Assembly: GCF_009914755.1 (NCBI RefSeq)
Contig: NC_060927.1
Length of the DNA: 64,000 nt
Strand: one strand, 5' to 3'
Source of the DNA: the human T2T-CHM13v2.0 reference genome, Homo sapiens
Position 1 is the stretch's first letter. Each line of letters starts with the position of its first letter. Position numbers and translations under genes: made by a program. The notes under the pieces are model-generated. The model saw only the letters and a program-made list of their open reading frames with translations. It was not told the origin of the DNA and did no database searches. This document shows positions 16,023 to 30,500 of the stretch, one piece after another.

Positions 16023-17477
16023 AAACACCTTCTAAAATAATTCATTATATTCTTGCTCTTTCAGTCAAGTGTACATTTAGAGAATAGCACATAAAACTGC
16101 CAGAGCATTTTATAAGCAGCTGTTTTCTTCCTTAGTGTGTGTGCATGTGTGTGTGATGTATACAAAGAGAGAGATAATTGTATTTTTGTATTTTCTTTTA
16201 AATAATTTTTAAAATTGACCCTTTTCCTGAGACAAATTGCCAGAATAGTTTGTATTTAGAGATGGTACCTCTAAGAGTAAGGTTGCTGGTTGCTGAGCAA
16301 TTGACTTGAAAACTTTTAAAATTCAAATTTTAATTCCACTACTCAAAAGAATTGCCATGTTTTAAAAAAGAGAATTGGTGCCATAAGTTAGTTGTCTATG
16401 TTTGAAAATGAAGAAGATATGCAACGTCATGGCCTGGTCACTTACCCGCAGCCCTGAGTTGTAGGCACATCATATGTGAGAATGAGGATGCTTTTCTTTC
16501 ATTTAAAATCCCTCCCCAAAACTTGGCTCTAATTGCAGTCATGACAATCATGTACATTTGGATTTATGTGCACGAGTCTCTTACCCTGAGAGAGGACAGG
16601 TGCTACAGGTGGAGGGGACCCGTCTGGGTCACGTTCACATTTTGAACATGCTGGTTTTCAGTCACTGCACACTCATCTCCCAGCACAGGTCATGGGCAGC
16701 AGATGCAAAAGCTGCCCGTGGTCCTATTTGGAGGTGCATGAAATGAGCAGAAGACAGAACAGCTTGATCTGACTAGAAGGGCAGCTTGTCCCTACCAAGA
16801 CTTGAAGGATTGCCTTTCATCTGTTAGGGTAAAAGGTAGAATGAACCAAGGAAGGGCAGGAGGGGGCTGGGGTTAGGGTAGAAGGAAGGGGCCATGGAGA
16901 AGGGAGATCCATCCCATAGGAGGAAGGCAGTGCGGCAGGGAGGTTTGAAGGTATCAGCTTTTGTGGCTGACATACATGCAGTCATGTCAATTGCTCGTTT
17001 TTCCTTTTCCATCTTATTAAATGTCTTCCAACGTTAGCACGAAGAAAAGCTATTTGCAGTGTTGCCAGCCTTTCCAGAGCCCGTCCCCATTACCTCCCCA
17101 GGCCCATGCCTTTACTCCTTGGAGTTTCAACTCACGACCTTCAGGATCTGACTTTATTCACCAACTCTGGGGTGAACGTACCTTCTGTCTCCACCCAGAG
17201 GTCTCTATCAAAGAGGAGATTGCATGCCATGGATAAAGTCAAAGTAGAGGTGACTGTCCTTAGGAAGAGTAATGTGAAAATTCATAAACTGGGATTCTGT
17301 TTACATTTTGTACTCCAGGGGTTCTTAGTTTAAATCGCTCTGAATAAATTAAGATGCAATGGCATTTCAACTGTTATGATTAAATTTACAAATCATTTAT
17401 TTTCTATCACGGGGAGAGATAGAGCTCCAAATGCAAACATAACTGCTCAAGTGTTAACACTTATAATGAAAACATAA

Positions 17478-17841
<364 letters not shown>

Positions 17842-18838
17842 AACAAATCATGAACTTTCTAACTGCAGTTCCTTGTAGCTTGTTAACACATCCACTTACT
17901 TATTGTCAGAGTACGTGGAGATTTTCCACAACCCTCGGGGATAAGGCTGAACAGAAGAGGCAAAAACGTGAAAACATTTCGATAGCTCCTATACTTTGAA
18001 ATAAAATTCACTGTAAAAGTTGCTTGTATTTTTCCAAAACAGAGTCAACCCTTAATATTTAAGATTCTGTATACAAATACATATTTTTATATAATTAATA
18101 TATATTGTCATATGACATATATCTTTATATTAATATGCATGCATATAATATATATTTCCTTCCTAATTTTCTATAAGCAATTTTACAAGACTGACTTCTA
18201 TTTGCCTCCTTATTGTTACTACGTGGTTTGATAATCCGTTTTGTGTCATTGTGATTCTGTCATGTTTTGGGGACTTATTTTTGTTTCTCTGGGTGGTCAC
18301 TAGTTTTTTTAAAGCATTCATGGAAGAGTGTGAATCTTTTACAAGCTAGGAAGCCATGGCAAGCCTTGGGTCATACTGCCCCCGCGAGGCCACATTGGCA
18401 AACCAGCAAGGGTGTTCAACTTCCAGACTTGGCCATGGAGAAGACACACGAGGAGGCTTTTCACATTCAGCTCTTTAATGTTTGTCTCTGCCGGCACCAT
18501 CCCAGTTGTGAAAAAGAGGTATTTCCACAGCGGCTCAGGGTAGGTAGTGCACAGCTCACATTCATCATTTCTGAAAACCGAGAGGAGTCTCCATTCGGGG
18601 TACAGGTTGATGCCTGTCGTGGAATGAAGGTTCCAACACCCAGACCAATCTCTGCAGTGTGCTGCTCTCATGAGCTTGCAACAAGATCAGAAAATGTTTT
18701 GTGACTAAGCATTTTTCATATTGCATAAAATGCTTCAAGCTCCTCCCTTGTTTCTCTCTATAATCCTGTATATCTGATGATTGTGGGTACCAAGTGTTTG
18801 AAATAATCAAATGTGATTTGATGTTGGTAAATTTCTTT

Positions 18839-19263
18839 TTTTTTTTTTTTTTACTTCTATTTTTTTTATTATACTTTAAGTTTTAGGGTACATGTGCACA
18901 TTGTGCAGGTTAGTTACATATGTATACATGTGCCATGCTGGTGCGCTGCACCCACTAACTCGTCATCTAGCATTAGGTATATCTCCCAATGCTATCCCTC
19001 CCCCCTCCCCCCACCCCACCACAGTCCCCAAAGTGTGATATTCCCCTTCCTATGTCCATGTGATCTCATTGTTCAATTCCCACCTATGAGTGAGAATATG
19101 CGGTGTTTGGTTTTTTGTTCTTGCGATAGTTTACTGAGAATGATGGTTTCCAATTTCATCCATGTCCCTACAAAGGACATGAACATAGCAAAGACTTGGA
19201 ACCAACCCAAATGTCCAACAATGATAGACTGGATTAAGAAAATGTGGCACATATACACCATGG
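18839..19263 (-). mobile_element. Short L1PA2-like insertion with 5' inversion
   Basis: L1 3' end on minus (to 19184) joined to an L1 segment on plus (19185-19263); TSD tggtaaatttcttt at 18825-18838 and 19261-19274; GAG at the diagnostic 3' UTR triplet. Confidence 0.9.
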
Positions 19264-19309
19264 TAAATTTCTTTATCATTCGCACTCTCCTTTCTCTATT
19301 ATTGTTATT

Positions 19310-20191
<882 letters not shown>

Positions 20192-21761
20192 AGAGGAAAG
20201 GAGAAAAGAGAAAATAATTTAAAAAATAATTGTAACTTATTCCCTTTTACTTAGAAAAAAGGGAATACTCAGTTACATTATCACCTCGTTTACATCAAAC
20301 CCTCTTATGGAATCCTATGGTTTGAAAACAAAAAGGTTGTTGAGGACCAGTGAGCCCAACCCCTTTGCTTTATAAATGAAGAGCATTGCCTGCCCTAAGC
20401 CCCAGAGACTCTGATGTCGTGGGTCTGGAGTGGGCTCCAACAGCGGCATGTTTTGATGGTGCTTCCCAGTGGCACGCCAGCGATGAGCCTTTGAGTAGGG
20501 AAAGTAGGAGCACTCGTGACTCCCTTCACGATCAGCACCTGTGTGCTAATAAATTCACAAAAGCCAACATATTGGAGTCACTCAGGGAGTTTTACAAATA
20601 GTGAGGTTAAATCCAACCTCAAATAGTTCTGATTCGATCTGCCTGCATTGCTGCCCTGTGGTTCCCCACTGTAGAAGCTCCCCAGGTGATTCTAAGTGTA
20701 GCCAAGTCTGAGAAATACTGCCTAAAGCCTGTTGGACTGACAGCAAGGGCTGTTGTCTGAGCAAGACTTTGCCTGGCCTGGGGTGGCATGTGCACCAGGA
20801 AGAGTCTCAACTTTCATAACAGAACATTCCCCAAGCTGGTTTTTTTAAAGCATGTGAATCTAGACTTCATTGGCAATACCAAAGATCTGTATTTGAGGCT
20901 CCAAGTATTTCACTTTCATTTTTGGTTTTGGGTTATGTTTTCACCCTTCCTTTCCAAGTGAAAAGTAAACAGAAGTGGGATGTCTGGCGCCCATGCTGAG
21001 CTTGGCAACTTCAAATTCAATAGAGAAGAAGTCTCTTGTATAGAAAAGGGCCTGTCTGAGATGTTTCTCAAATAAATATAGATTTTGCTTATGTGGCTAA
21101 AGGATTCTTCTCCCCCCATTTCCTTATCCCTGCAGTGAGCCATCCTTCTTAACTCTTTCCATGAAAGCATTATTCCTGAAGAACTGGGAACTCATGCCAG
21201 CCCTGATCAGGCAATGATAATTCTGCAGAGAATTAGAATTTAGATTTAAATTGTCAACTCTTATACATCCTGGCATATGGTTTAAACACATGTACACACA
21301 CACAAACACCTCCTACTATTTACTGAAGAGCAGATATCTGATAACTTAATCTTTTTGGTTTTGAGTCAAGACAATTCCTCCTTTTGAAACTGCATACCGC
21401 TGAATATAATAAAATGTAATTAAGATTAAAAATAAGAAACTAATGGGAGAATTTCAATATTGTCTATGTTCACTTTAAAATTCCTCTACTTAGGTTTACT
21501 GCCATTACCAAAGACTATTCAAAAATCCTTTTTAGGAGAATCCTAATGGTTTCCTGACATATAATCAAATAAGGACTCTGTTGATTGGCTAACTCAATCT
21601 TCCTGTGCCAAAAAGCAGAGCCCAGCAGAGAAGAGGGCAGGGACTTGAAAGTCAGACTGACTCGAGTTCCAGCCTTGGGGCTGTGGGAGCTTGGGCAAGT
21701 GACTTAACGTCTCTGGCTCTCAGGATCTAAAAGGATTTCCAGTAGTAATTTGGGGTGTTAC

Positions 21762-22389
21762 TGATACAGGAGCTAAAAAGAAATTATTTAGGTGGTTAGT
21801 GAGGGTCAGAGAGTCCTCGGTAAGATTTGCCTTTTAACAAAAAGCAGCCCCAAAATCATTTGTTTGCTAACAAAGAGAAGCCTGTAAAATTGAGCTGCAG
21901 ACATAGATAAGCAAGCTGGAAGCTTGCACGGGTGAATGCCGGCAGCTGTGCCAATAGGAAAAGGCTATCTGGGGGCCAGGCATGTTCAACATGGATTCTC
22001 CATCTTCCCTTTTCTTTGTCAACCAAGTGTACAGTAAAGGAACAGGCAACATGGCACGGGCCAGGTAGAGAACCCTTCTGCATAATAAAAGATTAGGGTG
22101 AGATGGCCAGCTTCTTCCCGTGCTATGTAAATGGCATACCTGGTCCAACCAGTCTTTTGGGCCCTGTGTAAATCAGACACCGCCTCCTCAAGTTAGTCTA
22201 TAAAACCCCATGCATTTTACCGTGAAACTGGGAGATCCACTCGGAACCCCCTCCTGCACGAGAGACCTTTTCTCTTTTGCCTATTACACTTCCGCTCTTA
22301 AACTCACTGCTCATGTGTTAGCATCCTTGATTTCCTTGGCATGAGGCAACGAACCTTGTGTATTACCCCATACAAATGATGCTGCTTCA
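21762..22389 (+). mobile_element. Solo ERV1 LTR, LTR9/MER61-like, inserted in a MIR
   Basis: TG..CA ends with 4-bp TSD ttac (21758-21761, 22390-22393); TATA-like ctataaaa near 22198. Confidence 0.75.
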
Positions 22390-22434
22390 TTACTAATAGC
22401 AACCTGACAGGGTTGTGTTGGGGTATAAATTATC

Positions 22435-22612
22435 TAGACCAGGGAGATCCAATATAATTTTTTTGTAATGACGGGAATGCTTTGTATCTGCATCATCCAA
22501 AATGGTAGCCACCAGGCCAGGGTGAAATGTGGCCAGTGTGACTGAGGAACTGAATGTTTTCCATGATTTAATTTAAATGTGGCCAATGGCTACTGTAGGA
22601 GACAGTGTGAGT
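22435..22612. mobile_element. MER3-like hAT DNA transposon fragment
   Basis: tccaaaatggtagccacc..gaaatgtggccagtgtgactgaggaactgaat..atttaaatgtggcc. Confidence 0.6.
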
Positions 22613-23790
22613 CTGGCATATTATAAATAATAAATATTAATATAATTTGAACTTTGGCATCAGTGTTTCCTAGATTTGAATTACTATGCAAGTTGCTTAC
22701 TGTTTCCAAGCCTCAGCTTTCTAATCTGTAATTGGGGCTAATAATAGTATCTGCCTTACAGGTTTGTTCAGAGGATAAATGAGAAATTGCATGTTGAGGG
22801 CTTAACACAGTGCCTGGCACATAAAAGCTCTGGTAACAGTTAGCCACTTTAATAATTTGCTAATAATGGCTATTTCTTCTTCAGATTAGGATGTGCTCCC
22901 CCAAACAGTGCACTTAGACATAGCGGGCAATCCAGCTCACTCTCTGCAGTGAGAGAGAAGCACTGGCCGACCAGAGTCAGCCAGGGGCTCATGGGTATGA
23001 AATCAACAGCATGATTTTGTAAGTAATGGATGGAAAGGGCCTCACAACTTTATGGCACTGTGTTCAATTTGCTTGGTCTTCTGTAGCTCCTTTTGAAAGC
23101 CTTTTAGGGTGGATTAACCTGCTACCAATAATTCTGGTCAGATGTAGACTCCATAGCTCAAAGCAAACTGAGAGAGTGAGGGCAGCAGGCCAATTCCCCA
23201 CCCCTTCCTTCTGGACTCTGACAGAAGCTTACACTCAAGGAAGAGCAAGTAGGAATTAACGTGTTAAGAGCTAGGTAAGCAAAACCCAATGAGAAGTTCT
23301 GGCAAAGCCCCATGGGCAGGGGTGGCTTAGGCACAGGAAACAAGTAGGATTTCATACCACGCGCCTCAGTCTACTTCCGGGGCCCTCATCCTCAGCTGTG
23401 CCTATGCAAAGGAGAGCAACCAATAAACCCCACCGCCACTCTCCTACTGTGGAGGCCAGGGATGGCCAGGGGTAAGAGAGGGATGGGAAGTGTTTCCTCC
23501 AGCCGTCCTCTGAGAAGGAGAGGAAACTGGGCAGAGCTTCTGTCCTCCTTCAAGCAGAAACAGAAACAAAAGAAACCCCTAAGGGGGTTCTTACTTCCCC
23601 TCTAGTTCAGTTGTGCACTAACCATCTGCAGCTCAACATTCAGCATTCATTCATTGATTCAGCAAACATTGAAGGAGGGCCAGCTATGTGCCAGATGCCA
23701 ACTCATGCCATGAAAGAGAGTCCCTGTCCTTATGAAATTCACTATTTAGAGAGAAAAGCAAGCAAAAAGGCAAAGTTTGAAAAGTACTGT

Positions 23791-24382
23791 TGAAGTGGCA
23801 TCATTGTCTGGGGTGAATACCTGAGGTTTGTGGTCTCACGCCAAGGGAATCAAGGACTCAGGCACACAAGAAGTGAGTTTAAGAGCAGAGGTTTAATAGG
23901 CAAAAGAAAGAGAAAAAAGAATAGCTCTCTTGCCTGCACAGAGAGAGGGGCACCTGAGTGGATCTTCCTGTTTTGTGGTGAAATGCAAGGCATTTTATAG
24001 ACGAGCTTGAGGAAGTGGTGTCTGATTTACTTAGGACCCGAGAGATTGGTCAGACCAGGTGTGATGTTTACATAGCATACAAAGAAGCTGGCCATCCCAT
24101 CCTAATCTTTTATTACGCAGACGGGGTCTATACCTGGCTGGTGCCATGTTGTCTGTTCCTTACTGTACACGTGGTTGACAAAGAAAAGGGAAGATGAAGA
24201 ATCCATGTTGAACATGCCTGGCCCCCAGATAGTCTTTTCCTATTGGCACAGCTGCCGGCATTCACTCTTGCAAGCTTCCAGATTGCTTATCTATGTCTGC
24301 AGCCCAATTTTACAGGTTGCTCTTTGCTAGAAAAGAAATGATTTGGGGGCTGCTTTTCATTAAAAGGAAAACCTTACCAAGG
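23791..24382 (-). mobile_element. Second LTR9-like LTR, inverted relative to 21762-22389, 5'-truncated
   Basis: Long reverse-complement matches to the first copy, e.g. catgttgaacatgcctggcccccagatag and cctattggcacagctgccggcattcac. Confidence 0.8.
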
Positions 24383-24646
24383 TTAAAAAGAAAAAAATTT
24401 CTTTTTAATGCCTATGTTACTGTGAACAGTGTCGGGATAAGGCTCTGAGAGCCAGATGAGGATGAGTTATCCAATCCAAGGATGGGGGTCTGGAGGAAAA
24501 AATCCTAGAGAGCATTGCTGCAGTTGAATAAGGATTAGTTAGAAGCTACTGAGTGGAGCATAGGAGTAGGAACTCTTATGCAAATGTGCAGAGGTGAAAT
24601 AAAGCAAGGTATAGTCCAGGTGCCTAAAGTAGCACAGCTGACTTGA

Positions 24647-24689
24647 GATAGATGATAGATAGGTAGATAGATGGATAGGGTACATAGAT

Positions 24690-24757
<68 letters not shown>

Positions 24758-24758
24758 C
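24647..24758. repeat. Compound (GATA)n(GACA)n tetranucleotide microsatellite
   Basis: Interrupted GATA units, then a pure GATA run and GACA units. Confidence 0.95.
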
Positions 24759-25115
24759 TGGTGTGAGTGTGGGTGTGTGTGTCTGGCTGCGTGCATGCAT
24801 TCCTCCTGCAGGAGATCAGGAGCAGTGGGCAGTATGGAGTGACAAGAAGATTGGGAGGTACTCCTTCTAGCCCTCCCCTCTGCTCTGCCCTCCACTGGAG
24901 CAGAAGCAAAGCATATGGTGAAGGGGAACAAGGAGTCTCCCCAGCACAGTACCCGAGTGCATTAGCTATTTATCACTCCACAGTCCCCATTCACGTGTTA
25001 ATTCAGCATTTATTGAATGCTTACTGTTTGCAATGTCTATGTCAAGCTGTCAAGTGTAGTTTTTATTCTACAGGCCACAGGCACCCCCTAACTGTGTTAA
25101 ACAAGATGGTAGTAT

Positions 25116-26216
<1,101 letters not shown>

Positions 26217-27514
26217 GCATGATCAGACTTGCTTTTTCAGAAAAAGCCTTCTGTCCATAGACCAAAGGGAAGTGACTCAGAGAAGGGGCAGGAGGAATCA
26301 CAAGCTCCCTGCCTGACCAGGCCTGGACTATGGCAGAGACAGTGAGATGGTGAGAAAGCAAGGGTAGACAGCCAGCCAAATCCAGAATATAGAAAGTTCT
26401 ACAGGAAAAGGTGGGGCCAAGGTGGGACAGGGGGAAAGGAATTGTTGCACATTAACAGTGCAATGCAGAGCACTGGTCTTGTTTATGTCCAGGTTAGAAC
26501 AAACCAATGAGAAAGCACATCTTTGAGAAAACTGGAGAAATTTGAACACTGACTAGATATAATATTATGTTAATTATGCTTTAATTTGGGGTACAATAAT
26601 GCTTTTGTAGCTATTTCTAAAGAGTCCTTATCTCTTAAGGATACACTCTAAAATACTAGTGGATTAAGTTATATGATGTTTAGACTCTTTTTAAAATAAT
26701 CCAGTGGGGTGAGAGGCAGAGGGAAGGGAGAGGAGCATAGAGGAAACAGTGTTGGTCATATGTTTGTAATTGTTAAAACTGAGTGATGGGAATATGGAGA
26801 TTTAACATATTAATACTATTTTCTGCCCATGTAATATTTGAATATTTTCATAATAAAATTGAGAGAGAGATAAAGAAAGAAAAGAGAAAAGAAGAGAAGA
26901 GAGAAGAGATAAGGGAAGTGGAGGAAAAAGAGCTTTCTTCAAGGACCATTGTGGTGGACACAAATGAAAGATACCCCCTTCCTACTATGAATTCTAAGTG
27001 TGTACTACCCAAGATGAGTCAATCGGATCCTAGCTTCCAGAAATCGTGAGCATGATGCAGCCCTACAGACGCAGTGCCCTGGAAAGGAGACCCATGACCA
27101 TCCAAGGAAGATGTCCCATCACAGAACTGCCCTGGGTCATGTGTTTTCCAAGTCCACATGTCCGGTAGTTCCTTCTTTCCTATGACCAATGCCACCAGTC
27201 TTCCAGCACTGTCCTTTATTGCTAGGCAAACCTGAGCCATCCTCTTCTTCTTGCAACTTGTGCCTGAAGTAACATGGACACAAAGTCCCCACTTTTCCCA
27301 CATTCTCAGAATGAAGTAGTTCTCCCTCCACACTTTAGGTGCTAGAGGCAAGTGGATTGCTTGAGCTCAAGAGTTCAAGACCAGCCTGAGCAACATGGCA
27401 AAACCCCGTCTCTACAAAAAATACAAAAATTAACTGGGGGTGGTGGTGTGCACCTGCAGTCCCAGCTACTCAGGAGGCAGAGAAGGAGGATTTCTTGAGC
27501 CCTGAAGGTGGTTG

Positions 27515-30500
27515 TGTTACGTGCATTCATGTTAAGAGACCACCAAACAGGCTTTGTGTGAGCAATTAAGCTTTTTAATCATGTGGGTGCAGGCAGACTG
27601 AGTCTGAAAAAAGAGTCAGCAAAGGGAGATAGGGATGGGGCGGTTTTATAGGATTTGTGTAGGTAGTGGAAAATTACAGTTAAAGGGGGTTGTCCTCTTG
27701 CGGGTACAGGCGGGGGTCACAAGGTGCTCAGTGGGGAGCTCCTGAGATTTATTGTCCAGGAGAAGGAATGTCACAAGGTCAACTGATCAGTTAGGGTGGG
27801 GCAGGAACAAATTACAATGGTGGAATGTCATCAGTTAAGGCAGGAACTGGGTATTTTCACTTCTTTGTGGTTCTTCAGTTGCTTCAGGCCATCTGGATGT
27901 ATAAGCGCAGGTCACAGGGGATATGATGGCTTAGCTCGGGCTCAGAGGCCTGACATTCCTGTCTTCTTATATTAATAAGAAAAACAAAACAAAATAGTGA
28001 TGAAATGTTGGGGCAGCGAAAATTTTTGGGGGTGGTATGGAGAGATAATGGGTGATGTTTCTCAGGGCTGCTTCAAGCAGGATTAGGGGTGACACAGGAA
28101 CCTAGAGAGTGGGAGAGATTAAACTGAAGAAAGATTTTGTGGTAAGGGGTGATATTGTGGGGTTGTTAGAAAGAGCAATTCTCATATAGAATGATTGGTA
28201 ATGGCCTGGATGCAGTTTTGTATGAATTGAGAAACTAAACGGAAGACACAAGGTCTGAATAAGAGAAGGAGAAAAACAGGCATTAAAGGACTAAGAACTG
28301 GGAGGACCCAGGACATCCAATTAGAGAGTGCCCAAGGGGGTTCAGCATAATTATTTGCTTGGTTGGTGAGTTTTTGGTCTCCATCCTTGAGTTTTTTTTA
28401 TGTTGTCATATGCCAGGCCAGATTGATTTAGGTAAAAACAACACTCTTCATTTAAAAATATACAGAGTTCTCCTTTCTCAGCAGTGAGTAAGTCAAGGCC
28501 TCAGCAGTTTTGGAGGAAAGAGAAATGCAAAGGAAGCAATTGTTTGTTAAGAAGGATTAGAAATGGCTAGGAGAGAGTGAGTGAGATTGATAGTGTGGTG
28601 GAGATAGCTGAGGAGAGGTAGAGGGTGGCATAAGAATGGGAACGAGAATAAGAGTGAGTATAAAAGTAAAGAATAGAACTTCATCAGGGTGAAAGTATTG
28701 GAGGGTGCCCTGTCAGCAAAGATCATCTGTCCACTCCAAGAGGGAGTCAAGAGTGGCGGATTGGGGATAGTACCAGGAGATATCCACTATGATGGTTTGG
28801 AGGAAAAGTGTAAACTGGCAGTGTAAACAGGGGCAGGGCATTTATGAGTCATTGAGAATGGTGAATAGGAGTATGACTAGACAGAAGATAGTGGAGATGA
28901 CAAATTTTGGGGGCACAGTCCAAATAGTGGGGGTGACTGCGTAGAGCTCTGTTGCAAAAAGTAGGGTAAGGATAAATAGACTTAATAGAATGAAGAGATG
29001 TATTAGGCTCATAAGGGTTATTATTGTTCTTCAGAAATGCGAGTGAGTTTAAGGGAAGTAGGGGTGAGTACTTGCGACTTCCAGAAGGAAGAGGAGAGAT
29101 CAGGCTGGCTGTCTGATGGGCACAGCTTTATTCTGGAACAGTGAATCCAATGGGGAGGGTCGTGCAGACGGATGGCAGTTGGGGTGCTATAAATGACCAG
29201 GTAGGGTCCAGTCCATCAAAGCTGTAGAGTGTGAGGGGTCAGACTTGACAAGGACTGATTGCCCAGCTAAGGTATCTTCACATGGCTGGGAGTTTGGAGG
29301 AGGCAAGAGAAGATTAGCAGCCTGGCGAATTTCCTGTCTAGCCTGCTGGAGGACTGGAAGATAAAGGCAACAGGTCGTGGGCCTGGATCCTGTGTGAGGA
29401 CTCTAGCAGCACAGCCTTGTATTTCAGCTGTGTGTAAGGAAAAAGGATGGGACGAGTCGGGGAGTGCTAGTGTGGGAGCTGTCTCCAGGTCCTTTTTGAG
29501 AGAGTGAAAGGAAGAATGGGGAAAAGACTTATGGTCTATGGGATTAGTTAAATTACCCTTTGTGAGCTAGTAAAGTGGTTTGATTAGGATAGCAAAGCCC
29601 GGTATCCAAAGTTGGAAATATCCAACAATGCCTAAGAAGGAAGGGAGTTGTTGTTTGGTGGTGGGGGTTGGGGTCTGGGAGATTAACTGAACAGAGTCTG
29701 CAGGAAGGGTATGTGTATGTTGATGGAGCATTATACCAAGATAGGTAATGCTAGGGGAAGAAATTTGTGCCTCAGAGGGCAATACTTTGTACCCCTTTGA
29801 GTAAAGATGTTGAAGAAGCAGGCTAGTGTCCTGCTGGGAAGATTGGTAAGAGGGGCTGCAAAGAAGAAGATCATCAACATATTGAATAAGGTGGGAGGTA
29901 GATGGGTGAAAAGAAAGCAGATCATGAGAAAGGGCCTGGCCAAAGTAATGTGGGCTGTCCCTGAAGCCTTGGGGTAGAAAAATCCAGGTGAGTTGTTGGG
30001 ACTGGTGGGTGTCAGAGTCAGTCCAAGTAAGGCAAAAAGAGGCTGGGAGGAGGGATGCAAGGGGATAGTAAAGAAGGCATCTTTGAGGTCGATAACAGAA
30101 TAGAGTTGTGGAAGGGTGTATTGAAGATAGGAGGGTGTACGGGTTTGGCACTATAGGATGGATGGGAAGGACGATTTGATCAACAAGACGAAGATCCTGA
30201 ACAAACCTGTAAGACTTGTCCGGTTTCTGGACGGGTAGGATAGGGGAGTTGTAAGGAGAATTTGTAGGCTTTAAGAGGCCATGTTGAAACAGGCAGGTGA
30301 TAACAGGCTTTAACCCTTTTAAAGCCTGCTGTGGGATGGGATATTGGCATTGAGCGGGGTAAGGGTGATTACATTTTAATGGGATGATAAGGGGTGCATG
30401 ATCGGTTGCCAAGGTAGGAGTAGAGGTATCTTATACTTGTGGATTAAGGTGGGGAGATACAAGGGGAGGATGTGAAACAGGTCTTGAGTTGGGTAAAAGT

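Larger units (their letters stand above)
13796..16040 (+). other. CCR5: CCR5 3' UTR
   Basis: Runs from the stop codon to just past AATAAA at 16017-16022; includes L2-like (about 14350-14900) and MIR-like (about 15110-15270) relics. Confidence 0.8.

Noticed and set aside
29567-30412. 281-codon RT ORF as a possible novel reverse-transcriptase system
   Set aside because: Ordinary HERV-H pol remnant with a catalytic motif out of frame and downstream domains largely deleted.
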